NCBI GenBank assembly: GCA_002104905.1 | Contig: MCFE01000398.1 | Coordinates: forward strand, 1-64,000 | Reading direction: 5' to 3' | DNA length: 64,000 nt | From: Basidiobolus meristosporus CBS 931.73 | Taxonomy: Eukaryota; Fungi; Basidiobolomycota | In this document: positions 25,270-37,399 of the stretch, in pieces | How positions within the stretch are numbered: position 1 is the first letter of the stretch | How the letters are laid out: each line of letters opens with the position of its first letter | Made by a program: the position numbers and the translations under genes | The notes under the pieces: generated by a model | Told to the model about the DNA's origin: nothing | Databases searched by the model: none | Seen by the model: the letters and a program-made list of their open reading frames with translations, nothing else

Positions 25270-26520
25270 TCTATCATAATGCCATTGATAGGATACAGTT
25301 AGCTATTCAGATTGCTACTGACTATGACACAGCTATATTTGGAGTTGAAAAGCCTACAGTCACTAATCAAAAAAGCTATAATCATTATGAAGGAAGCCAA
25401 AAGGAAGCAGTGCCAATGGAAACAGATGTTGTGTGGCAGAGTCCCAGCCCAGATGAATGTAAGATGAAAGGACCTTTTTTCCGTTGCCACTAGCATGGGA
25501 CATCCTAAAGACTGCCCTCAGGAAAGAAATGAAGAAGAGTCTACAAGAACCTCAGCCATATTTAAGTCCAAGTATGTAGTGATGTAGAAGACAAACTTGG
25601 GGAAGACTCAGAGCTCACCTCCCAAATGAAAGATAAATACTTATCCCAAATGACCTCAGACACAGGGAAGCTTTTACACTTGAATGAAGTCATTAATGGA
25701 GTACCTGCCAAGTTCATGGATGACTCAGGAAATGCTGAAATATTGGACTATTTGGTATCATTCAGCAGCTGATAACTACCTAACAGTTTTGGACTAGTCT
25801 TGGTTACTGTTGGGCTAACTAACAGCCCAGACTTTGCCACTTTTGTCAGATCTATAATCCTATGATTATTCCACCATAGTCAAGATCAAATATGCATATT
25901 TATCAAGCATTATGTGCTAACCTTAAGACTATTACAGAATGCTCCTGAGTGCTGAGAGGCACTCCTTGCTTGTTGTTACAGTTGAAATACTTCTACAAAG
26001 GTACAAATACTGTGCTTTGTTATGAATAAACAATAGTGCAACTATTATCACTATTTCTTGATAACATCCCTTTATCCAAATAACTTCTAAATTGCAACAG
26101 GAACAATACACAAGTATAGGCCTGAGGTATTTGCCTTAGCAGATGGAACCAGCTGAGAACCTACCAGGACATTTTCAATTTACAAACAGCTGATTGGAAC
26201 TCTTATATTAGAAACCATATTACTCAGCCAGTAATATAAAGATTAATGAGTATGAAGAAGACCTAGAGCCCTACATCATTGGAAGCAGCATTTTTGTCCT
26301 TCTACTTGGAGAGACATGGCTACTCAATCATAATCTATCAACTAATTGGTGAGCACATGCCACTCAGATCCAAACTGACCAGCAAACAGATAAGCTACTA
26401 CCTGCCAGACTGGACTGCTACTTGGTCAATACCAGTGTGCTTGACAAAAGTGAGCTTAGCAAGGCACAATTCTGTAGAGCACTTAGAAAAGGTACCCAGA
26501 TATTTCTCATGGTGATGCTG
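25270..26520 (+). pseudogene. Relic gag-protease region of an LTR-A-related gypsy element, interrupted by LTR-B
   Basis: [30 protein letters not shown]...AVPMETD matches residues around 14200-14330; 25600-25730 and 26190-26520 match 14490-14630 and 14730-15050. Confidence 0.9.
25733..26099 (+). repeat. Solo LTR-B, degenerate 5-bp TSD (GGAAA/GGAAC)
   Basis: Aligns with 10676-11044; inserted in the protease DSG codons (GGAGC in the intact copy). Confidence 0.9.
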
Positions 26521-26589
26521 CAGGATCATTCTGTTGAAGTTTCAAAGAGATATATTGCAAGTGAAATGGACAATCAGAAGATTTAGATG

Positions 26590-26900
26590 ATATTCACTTG
26601 TTGATTTATTGAGTTGCAATATAGTATATATACATATTGCAAAACTACATACATGTCACTATCTGCTCATTATATGAGGACTCTTAGGAGTACATGTGCC
26701 AAGTTTCAGCTCATTAGGATAAGTTTCAGATTTTCCCAAAATTCTGTACTTCATAACTACTAATAATTAGCAAATATCTTACAAACTAATTTCTAGGTTT
26801 ATTTTCTGAAATATGACATTTTACCAAGTGCTAGCTCATAATATATTAGTAATTAGGTGGATTGCTACTTATTTCAGCACTCCCACTAACATAAGATATT
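26590..26900 (-). repeat. Family E repeat copy
   Basis: Reverse complement aligns with 12592-12825 plus 18302-18410. Confidence 0.75.
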
Positions 26901-27199
26901 CAAATACTTATCAGCTTGCTGTATTGTTGTGTGACTTCCCATTGAAACTAAACCTTGCCCTATGAAAAATAATTTGGTCCTGCAGGTGGATCCAATCCAG
27001 ATCAGCCATCAAGATCCTGTTTAGAGACCATCACAATAGCAGCTGCTTGGAATTAGTCACCCTCCTAGCAATCTTATAACAGTATCATAACGGTGCTTTG
27101 CTAATTTTACAACCAAATACAGGGATAAAACTTTACTCTATTTTATTGGTGCTAGAAAGTTGTTTGTATGGTATTGTTGTGGTCTCTCAGTGCTCTATA

Positions 27200-30100
27200 G
27201 CTATGTTAAGTGGATCCAGTTAGCCAGGACATCTAATTGCCTTATATGGCAAGAAACTTGATGGTATTTTAACAGCCTTGCAGCAAAACTCTGATGGCAT
27301 TATATTGGCAGTATGGTGGCCTATTCCTGGTTCTGTAAATTGCTACTATACCAATTTACCTAATGGTATTTGCTTTTTCTACCTCCCCTTGTGCAATTAA
27401 TATATTCCACTCTAGGATTACCCCTCTTTATTTGCTTGCCCACTTCTACCTTGGGTATTCCACAGATAGTTTGAATCAAAAAAAACTATGGCCTCCTGCC
27501 TACTAACCTCTACAAACATGCACACCTGCTGCAATTGACATTTCTTCTATCACCTCAACTTTACAGCTTTTTAGTGTAATACTTGCAAAGTTGCCATATA
27601 CCTTGTACTGCTGGTAGCATATACATCTTGCAAACATATGCTTGGTTGTTGCCACTTCTGCCATGAATACCTCCTGATATCCGCAAAGTCATCTTGGTAT
27701 TAAGCCAATATATTCCTTCTCCCTGCTGGATTCTAGTCCCCCTTATAGGTGCACTCTAGCTTTTATCTGCTGATTCCATATTGAATGGTGTAGAATTTGG
27801 CTTGTGACCACAAGAGATCCGGCATATTCTGGTAGAGCTTTCCTGATAAAAATTAGTTGCTTGTTGCACCCAACCCAACTTTGCATTACTTAACTGATTA
27901 CCCACACATTGGGGCTGCTTAGCTTCTTAATGCCATAGGCATTGGTGTCTCCATGTGCACATTTGTCCTCAGTACTTTCCAACTCTTTCTGGCTGTCCTC
28001 CATGTGCCAACTCATCACATCCATGATGGACTTGAAGGTAGTGTTCTTGATGAGATTGGGATATGGTAGTACCTGCAACTTGACTTGTCTTCCTATAACC
28101 CCACACATCCACTCCATAGGAAACTCCCAAAAGGTGTGGCAAGGCCCAATATTCTCCACGCACCATGCAAGATGGACTAGAGAATGGATACAGTAGTGGC
28201 AGAGATCTACGCGCTCAACTTTATGTTTGCAGTATAGCCACTCAAATCCCGTTACAAACTTCTCACACAACAGCTGTAGATGCATCAAGTTGGCATTGGT
28301 GATTGGCTTCTGGATAAATGTTCCTACAATGTCCACACACAACTCCCAATGCTTCCAATGTACTCTTGGTAGGAATGGCTTCAGAACACCACTTGAATAA
28401 ATGCATGTCCAGTTCATCCGGTCTTTGCATTTGTATTGTTGCATATGCATATGAATATTAATTGGAGCCTGTGAGAAGTACTTAGGGTAGCGGATACTCA
28501 GTAATATCTTGCCAATTCTTTCATATTTTTCCAGTGTCTCAAAGAGCTCATTTAGCTTGAAATGCCCTATGTACAACTTGGTCATTGGTATAGGGATATT
28601 GCTGAAAAGCAAATACATTGCTCTCAGTGGAAAGCTTTACTCCAGCAGATACCCTCTATCTTAAGTATCTCTAGTTTCCAATTGATTCCATATTATGGCA
28701 AATGGCTTATAGCATGCCAACTTTGCTGCAAATGCATGCTTAGTTCTGTACGTTCTCTCTGTAGAAAGATGATGTTCTTAGTGCTGGTGTTTGGGTAATA
28801 ATAATGTGTGTGAGTTATGGAGTAAATCCCCTGGATCTCACACATGTGACAGCATTACCATCCATTGTGCCCAGAAAAACCTGCTATCTTGCTGATGGCT
28901 GGGGTATCTCCAATGCAGATAACAATATATGCTTTTATATGACAGCCATTTGCCATTATCCTGCTGGAAAGCATACAAAACTCATCCAGCAATGGATACA
29001 GGTAGCTATCCAGGTTGGATGGTGATTTAGGCCCAGATACCAGAGAGACTATCATCAGATTATTGCTCTGATACCATAAGATGGGTGGCAGATTTATGCT
29101 GATGAGAATCAGTGGCCAGCAGGATTTGCTGCCAGAGTACTTGATTAATGAAAATCCATCAAGTGCTAAAGCATGGGCATGGTTATACATACCTTGAAAG
29201 TAGCCCTTGCTTCTTAGCTGTTTGTAATGTTTGCCATTGAATATATTGGATATTTTGTTGCTTGATTGATACTGAGGGCAGTACTGTATAGCTTTGCAAT
29301 ATTTGTTGGACTGCATCAGCTTCCTCAAATGGGGTATGACTGGAATATATCCAGAGTGTGAACAATGTTTTCCCTCCATGGCAGCGGGTTCCTGACAATT
29401 TGGACACATTGCAATGGTAGCATCTTGGATGTGAATGCCATGCAACTGTTAACACATGCTGAAATCAGGACAGTCTCTGGATCATATGTTGCCAGCTGCA
29501 TGACAGTTGTCCACTTGTACAATTTACATGGTTAGTTGTATTCTGGTATGATTTTGGCAAGAAGTAGTATTAAATCCTCAAAGCCCCATTACTGATATTA
29601 GTGGAAACATGCCACTTCTCTGGCTACAACATTACATCATTCAGCAGTTGTTAAATTACTGGGCTCACTTGGCTCCATAAAGTATCCTTGGCATTTGTTT
29701 CATCAGGTGTTGTCTCAATGCATATAGGGATTTGGCTGGGCTCATACATGGTACTATTGTCAGGGCAGATAGGCTCAAATCCATTGATGAGCCTTCTCTG
29801 TCAGAGCTATCACTCTGCATGCCATATTCAGAAGGCTGGGGTGAGCCTAAAGGTGTCACAAACTCACCTGACTCAGTTTGCACAAGGTGACAAAGACAGC
29901 CAGGTGCCAATATAGAGTATCAACTGGCTGGCAAGATAATGTGGTACAGTAGTGACCGATGAGTGGTCAAATATGACTTGGGTGGCAAAACACTGGCCGT
30001 GATCCTTGTAATACTTCCTATGCTGTCTGCATGCTTCATGGCTGAGAGGCTTGTCACAATTGCCTCATGGTCTTTTTTCTCCTCTCTTATGGCATTGGGT

Positions 30101-30210
30101 CAAAGTAGTCTTGTCCATGGGGCAAACAGTTGGACCTTAAACAATGTAATGCTATTATATCACTTTTTGGTCAATACTCAGGTGAACTTAAGACAGTCTT
30201 GTATTTGAGA
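27200..30210 (-). pseudogene. EnSpm/CACTA-type (Transposase_21/DUF4218-like) transposase, disrupted
   Basis: LALDGF...SCWPLILISINLPP...LVSGPKSPSNLDSYLYPLLDE; MYLLFSNI...YKCKDRMNWTCIYS...IHSLVHLA...GPCHTFWEFPME; outer limits approximate. Confidence 0.88.
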
Positions 30211-30340
30211 CACTGCACCTACAACAATGTAAGATTCAATGATAACCTGCCATAGTAAGCATTATAAATAAAGTTGTGGCACCACATACATATGTATATA
30301 TAGCACTATTTCCCCTTTGGTTTGACTCACTTCCATATAT

Positions 30341-32408
30341 ATGCCATCAAAGAATAAAGCAAAGTTGTCTGGTTCTCAACAAAACCCCACCACTGATGGC
30401 AACAGAAGAATGGTTGAACAACAGCTTGCTTTGACATTCAGTGCAACAAGCAGGGCTACATCCAAAAAAGGCCCTGTGGACAGTGTGCCCTTTGAAGGTA
30501 ATAATGTGGACTCCTTAGGCTCTCAGTCAGGTAGGCAATTGAGAACCTCTGCAGAGCCACAAGCTGACCATTATGCTCAGGCAAATGAGAATGTGGCAAA
30601 CACAGTACCCTCAGCTGAAGATCAGCAAGGGGCCATGATAACATCACCACCATACATATTAGCAAATATGTTGTCAGCCAATACCAAAGCATTAATGAAG
30701 CAATTAGGTGCAGTGGCTGATAGGATAGATGCAATGGCCCAGAGAAATCAGGAAATAGTCCAGAAACAGAATGAGCAGATAATATGTGTAGAGCAATCAA
30801 TATCCCAGGTAGAGAAAGCAATATCTTTGCTGCAAAAAAGGAACCCAAGTAGCTCAATGTCACAGCCAAGGATTGAGCCATTTCCCAATGTAATGGCAGA
30901 AGAACACTGCACAGTCTTTGAAGCACAGCAACAGTGTCCAAAGATAAAGCCCACAGAAAAGACTATCACAGAGTTGGAGGGAGACAATGTGATGCTTATA
31001 CAAAAGCCTGAAAATCAAAGACATCAGAGATCTGTGAAGCCATTGAGTGCAATGATGAGAAGTGGGCTAATATACAAGAGGCTATCAGAAGTCTAGCTTG
31101 CCATCACCTTAAGGCCAGCATACCATGGGACCATCAGGAACTCAAGGTAAAGCAGAATGCACTTGACTTATTCCATGAGCATTATCCTGGATTTAAATGG
31201 GCAAACAGATTTTGGGCCAGCATTGGTATGCTAAGAAAGTATCTTAAGAATAGCTGATACTATCAAAGGCAGAAGAACAAGGGTGCCATGGCTAAAAACC
31301 AGCAGCTTCCTCAAGAGCCTGTTACAAGCAGGGCCAAAAGCTCCAGACACGCATCAAAGATATGCCAGGTAGCTTGAAGAGTGCCAATTAGGGACAAGCA
31401 GGCAGACACAGATGCACCTGTACAACATTTATCCAAGAAAAAGCATATTACTACTCAAAAAGCATCCAGTCAAAGTAGCAGTGAACAACCTGTCAGTAAT
31501 AAAAACCAGTTGCTTTTACAGGAGCCAGTCATAACAATGATTGAGAGCTCAAAACAAGCAGAATAGAAACATCAGGTTGCCAGAAGAGTGCCAGCAAGGG
31601 ACCAGCAGGCCAAAACAGATGCGTCAGAGCAGAATTTATCCAGAAGAAAATGTAATTCTTTACAAAAAGCACTCAGACAGAGTAGCAGTGAAAGACCTGG
31701 CATTGATAATGGAAAAGGTAAAGGGAAAAATATCCACCCAATCCTGAGACAGGGAGGCATGCAAAAAAGACTGCAGTTCTTGCCAATGAATGCCACAAGC
31801 CAGAACAGACTAAATCCCATCATAACCAAGAAAAATTACCTACAAGAAAACAGCTGTTTTCACAAGAGTTGGAAGCGCAGCTAATTGAGCTACACTCCAG
31901 CAAGGTAGATGAGTTTACTGAAAAAGAAAATTTGTCTGCCACAGCCTCCACAGCCTCTATTATTGACAGAGTGGAGATCCTACTGAGAGACAAGGCTACA
32001 ACGTCAAGAACTGAAAAGACTATCACAATGCCTTCTGTGGAATTTTGGAACATTAATATCCACACCAAGAGGTTGCAGCACTTCTCCAAGAGCAGTGCTC
32101 AAGAAAATGCACTGGAATATTGCAAGGGTTTATTGCAAAGACTGGCAGATGAGGTGCTAGACCTGGCAGTGCCAGCTGAAGACCAGGACATGTGGAAACC
32201 AGTGAATGCACAGTTGCATAAAGTCATTGGGTTCCTGCCAGAGTTGTGGAATCAGAGTTTTACAGCAGAAATACTTATTGAGTGGTGTATTTTAATGGAG
32301 TTACTTGTTGAGTGTGGGGTTGGGCTTAATGTTAGTGTAGGGTATAGGGACCTGTACAGGTCAATACAATTGGCAATTGAGGTACAACTGAAGTTTCAAC
32401 GGAAATAA
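30341..32408 (+). pseudogene. CMC element ORF2 (unknown family; coiled coil, 69-codon tandem repeat, conserved C-terminal helical domain)
   Basis: 251-aa open N-terminal part, then stops and two frameshifts; copies at about 4560-5440 and 37400-39192. Confidence 0.7.
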
Positions 32409-32799
32409 ATCAGTTTGTATGCATGAAAAGTAAGAGAAACAGTTGAGTCAGGAAGTAGGGAGTGTGAAAAAGAGGCAATAGCCAATCAATTCACACAAAC
32501 ATAGGAGGCAATAGAGTATCTGGGAACAGAAAGTGAGCAAATTGGCAGGGAACCAATCAAAAGCCACTTATACATTGTTGTGATGAAAAATATTAACTAA
32601 GTTTTTTGTAAAATCTGAGGTGCAATTGTTTTTCAACAGTCTTTGGACAGTTTCCCCACAAGATCAGTACCTCTTAGTCACAGGACTTTGACTTTGTGAT
32701 CACCTTTTGATGGGATCAGCTCAATAATTATTTGTAGGGCTTCAAATTACCATCTAATCTATTGGACTAATATAATCTCCAATACAAGTAGGGATTGCA

Positions 32800-34090
32800 T
32801 GTTATCTATAATAACTAAGTATAAGCCTATACCATTAATTACATACTTCCAAACAAACTACTTTGAGTCTGAGTTCTGATCTCATCACAATATATTTAGG
32901 AATAAATATCATTCACTTGATTTGAATGGTATCTAGCCTAGGTTTTCTTGATTCCTGACCTGGGATATTGTACTCCCACTGAAGCTATGTCATCTTGTTC
33001 TTCCTCCCTTCTAATACTGACTTAGATAGATTACTAATATCCTACTGATCTAGGCATAACTTTCTGGCACAGATACCTCTGCTATGTACTCAGATCTTCC
33101 ATTTGTATCTTGATAGGCTTCATTTGGTATCAGAGAGTAGCACAATCTGATTGGTAGCTATTTATAGGGGCTACATCCTAAACAGGATAGATGTGTACAC
33201 ATAAATATCATTGCACTCAAGCTGTACAACTGAATCTGGCACCTTCCAATTACATAAATCTTAAGAAAACTAAGTGATAATATGAAGGAAGAAGAAAATG
33301 CTCTAATAACAAATAGTAACCAACAAAGAGGTACTTGAGAAACTTTGGAGGCAACAACAATCTGTTTTGTCACTACTGCAGCCAGAAATGGCAACATCTG
33401 ACTGATGCCTCAAAAAGAGGGATGATGAGCCAAAAAAGCCTGAACTCAAAATACTGCAACAACTGAAGATAGCCTGTCCATATCTGCACTAAGCATGACC
33501 ACAAACAAGTATTCTTAGATTTGGTATATGGACTCTGGAGCATCTCAACTATCTACACATTAAATTGATCTTTTTACCCAATATCAAGAAATTCAAATCA
33601 TGAAGGTGTTCATGAGTGACAATGGAAAAGTTGATGCATTTGGAGAAGGAACTATATAAGTACGCCTTGGAAGCAGCGCAGGAAGTTGTTCACTTACCCT
33701 CAAAGAAGTACTCTATGTGCCAGAGATAACATAGAATCTACTTTCTGTAAGCAAGGCTACAGCTGTAGGACTCAGTTTCAACTTTTACAATTTGGGATGC
33801 AGGAACACTGATCAAGGTAGTACCCATATTGCTTTGGCTATCAAAAATCAGAATCTTTGCAAGCCAACATATAATCCATCCAACCTGGGAGTCAATGTAA
33901 GTAACTTGAATGAAGAAACACCAACCCTTTGGCACAGGAGATTTGGACATAGCAATTTTGATTATTTTGTGCAAAATGATCAATCAGCTAATTTCCACAG
34001 TATAAATTGATCCCCCAGCTAATTTGGACTACTGTGAATCCTGCATATATGGGTAACAAGCCAGGTAAGCTTTCAAGAGCTCTGAGTTAA
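32800..34090 (+). mobile_element. Truncated Ty1/copia relic: LTR-D (32800-33122), PBS TGGTATCAGAG (33125-33135), gag knuckle, protease, GAG-pre-integrase
   Basis: WYMDSGAS...LKEVLYVPEIT*NLLSVSK; LWHRRFGH...CESCIYG; LTR start position tentative. Confidence 0.88.
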
Positions 34091-34220
34091 GCAAAACTAA
34101 GATAAAATTACATTTAATGGTTTGGCCCAAACTTTTGGTGTGGTTTATTTGGATAACAATAGCAGGGGGATAACAATGAAATTAGAATCAAGTCTGTTAA
34201 TAATAGGGGTAGGTTTATTA

Positions 34221-34450
34221 TGTTGAAATATTGGACTATTTGGTATCATTCAGCAGCTATAAATTTACTTAACAATTCTAGACTAGTCTTGGTCACTCTA
34301 GGACTCATTTACTGCCTTAACTTTGCCACTTTCTCCAGATATATGATCTTATGATTATTCCCCTATAGTCAGGATCAAATTAGCACTATTACCAAACATT
34401 ATGTACTAACCCTGAAACTGTTACAGAATGCTCCTGAATATTGAGAAACC
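34221..34450 (+). repeat. 3'-truncated LTR-B joined directly to the NUMT
   Basis: Matches 10676-10900 then stops at ...GAGAAACC. Confidence 0.9.
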
Positions 34451-35110
34451 AACAATACTCTTTAACTTCCATAAATATTTTCTACATTTTATTAGCTTTA
34501 GGTAATTTATTAGAAAGTGCTCAACCTGATGTTCCTAAATATTCACCTCTGAACACTATTTCTCAATTAAAAGGTCAATTCCAAATGGCTGGAGGCAATC
34601 CTTTACTAGTTTTATGTTTGGCTATAAGTTTTTTCTCTATAGCTGGAATTCCTTCTTTTATAGGTTTCTTTGATAAACTTAAAGTATTCTATGCAGCTAC
34701 TCATTGTGGTTATTATATGCTAGCTATCATAGCGGTTTTAACTAGTGTTATTAGTGCTGCTTACTATTTAAGAGTTCTTAAAATAATCTCATTTGATTCT
34801 GCTCTGACAGGCCTGGCAGGTAGAACTCCTTTGGGCAGAGGGGCAGTGTCAGCCAGCTATACAGTCCCTTATGGTATTTCTTGGGTAATTGCTCTATAAA
34901 CTTTAACAATTGTATTCCCACCTGTTTTATTAGCCACTTTGAAACCTGCTTTTATAGCATTCATCCAATAGCTTCTCCCTTGCTTATGCAGGGGGCCCAT
35001 TGGCCCCCCTCTCCCCCCCCTCCTTGACCCTCAGGCAGGGGAAATGGACAGAGGGGCCATGTGGGTGGATTAACCAAGGGGCCTGACTTTTCCCCCAGGG
35101 GGGCTCCTTC
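34451..35110 (+). pseudogene. nad2: NUMT: 3' third of mitochondrial NADH dehydrogenase subunit 2 plus downstream GC cluster
   Basis: QYSLT..IFYILLALG...YSP...ISQLKGQF...NPLL...AISFFSIAGIP..IGFF.K...GYY..AIIAVLTSVISAAYYL; AT-rich mitochondrial codon usage (TTA, GGT, GCT). Confidence 0.93.
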
Positions 35111-36486
35111 TATTGTAGGATTATTTATCCAGAAGCAGATCACCAATGCCAACTTGACACATCTACAGCTGTTGTGGGAGGAGTGTGTGACGGGATTTGA
35201 GCAGCTATACCACAAACATAAAGCTGAACGTGTAGATCTCTGCCGCTACTGTATCCATTCTCTACTCCATCTTGCATGGTGCGCAGAGAATATTGGGCTT
35301 TGCCTCACTTTTTGGGAGTTTCCTATGGAGTGGATGTGTGGGGATATAGGAAGACAAGTCAAGTTGCAGGTACTACCATATCCCAATCTCATCAAGAACA
35401 TTACCTTCAAGTCCATCATGGATGTGATGAGTTGGCACATGGAGGACAGCCAGAAAGAGTTGGAAAATGCTGAGGACAAATGTGCACATGGAGACACCTA
35501 TGCCTATGGCATTAAGAAGCTAAGCAGCCCCAATGTGTGGGTAATCAGTTAAGTAATGCAAAATTGGGTTGAGTGCAATAAGCAACTAATTTTTATCAGG
35601 AAAACTCCACCAAGATATGCCGGATTTCTCATGGTCACAAGCCAACTTCTACACCATTCAATATGGAAATCACACAAAAAAAAGCAAGAGCACACCTATA
35701 AGGGGGACTAGAATTCAGCAGGGAGAAGGAATATATTGGCCAAATACCAAGAAGTACTTTGCGGATATCAGGAGGTATTCATGGCAGAAGTGGCAACAAC
35801 CAAGCATATGTTTGCAAGATGTATATGCTACCAGCAGTACAAGGTATATGGCAACTTTGCAAGTATTACACTAAAAAGCTGTAAAGTTGAGGTGATAGAA
35901 GTGTGCTAATTGTGGCAGGTGTGTGTATTTGTAGAGGTTAGTAGGCAGGAGGCCATAGTTTTTTCTGATATGAACTATATGTGGAGTTCCCAAGGTAGTA
36001 GTGGGTAAGCAAATAAGGAAAGGTGATTCTACAGTGGAATATATGGATTGCACAAGGGGAGGTAGAAAATGGAAATACCATTTGGTAAATTGGTACGGTA
36101 GCATTATACAGAACCAGTGGCAGGCCGTCATACTCCCAAGAAAAAGCCATCAGAGTTTTACTGTGAGGCTGTCAAAATACCGTCAAGTTTCTTGCCATAT
36201 AAGGCAATTGGAGGTCCTGGCCAACTGGATCCACTTAAAATAGTAATAGAGTGCTGAAAGGCCGCAACAATGCCACGCATATATTGTCACAGCACCAATC
36301 AAAAATTGTCAAGTTTTATCCCTTTATTTGGCTGTAAAATTTGCAAAATACCATCATGATCTTGTTATAAGATTGTCAGGAGGATCACTAATTCCAAGCT
36401 GCTGTTATTATGACAGTCTCTAAATGGGATATGACAGATGATCTGGACCGGATCCACCCGTGGGACCAAATTATTTTTCATAGGGC
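35111..36486 (+). mobile_element. Terminal fragment of a third CMC/EnSpm-like copy (transposase C-terminus to TIR ...TAGGGC)
   Basis: Near-identical translation to the 27890-28330 segment (IQKQITNANLTHLQLL...SPNVWVIS*); ends in reverse complement of the 26957 terminus. Confidence 0.9.
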
Positions 36487-37399
36487 TTGTTAGATATCTA
36501 GCTGGTATTCAGCTGATATTCAGATGTTATTATACCTTTGTTCAGTTGGTGCTTTTGCTACAGCTCTGTGGCTGCAATTTTGGTGGAATTAGTGAGCAGC
36601 AGTTTACCAAGCCTGATATTAATACTAACTGGCCCAGTCTTCCCCTTGAAAGGAAGTATACATGTATATTGTAAGGCTGGTATCTGAGATATTGAGAGCT
36701 GTCATATATGGGAAAGTTGGAGCTCAGCTGATATTATGATGGTATTTTGATGGCTTCTTTTTTTCTTGTTTATGGTAATTCTATTTGTAGGTGTAGCAAT
36801 TGCTTTGGATTTGAGAAAAACACATTATGCATTTCTTGTAACTTAAGCAGTGCAAGTTTCAGCTTGTCAAGTAACTAAGGAGTCAATATGGCTACCAGAG
36901 CACTATGCCTGCACCAGGCACACTGATATGCATCAACATTTGTGAGAGAAGCAGCCGAAAATAACTTGGTAGATTCAACTTACAAAATGGTGACCAATAT
37001 TTTACTAAAACCATTAGCTAGGATGCATTTTGAGAATATTAGACATTGTAATTGAGTAATTATTTAATTGAGTGGGATTATTGATGCATTCAGATATTTG
37101 GCTTCATTCTGCATTGCCAGACTTGCTTCACAGTTCCATCCTAGCTTTTGTCATTATAGGGCTTGCTCATAACCTTGATTTTGCGTACTTCTTCATGCTT
37201 TTGATCCTGAGATTATTCCTCAATTGTGGAGTAGATTGGTACTTTGATCATGCATTATATTCTACCAGTGGTGCTATTACAGTATATTCCTGAGTATTGT
37301 TAAAGACCCTTAGTATTGTGTTACAGCTATAAAGGTATAAGTAATGAACTCACTCATAGGTAGGTCCCACTAGCAAGCAAATTTGCAGTACCCTCAGTT

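Larger units (their letters stand above)
26957..32740. mobile_element. Full-length, mutated CMC/EnSpm(CACTA)-like element (about 5.8 kb) with two divergent genes
   Basis: Imperfect TIRs GCCCTATGAAAAATAAT / reverse complement GCCCTACAAATAAT, TT on both flanks; Transposase_21-like gene on -, ORF2 on +. Confidence 0.75.

Noticed and set aside
35061-35126. APSIVGLF suggested a nad3 start after nad2
   Set aside because: ATTGTAGGA...TTTATCCAG aligns with the CMC transposase (IVGTFIQK), so it is the junction, not nad3
36488-36938. TGTTAG...CAACA segment resembling a solo LTR
   Set aside because: No TSD, single copy in window; cannot be supported
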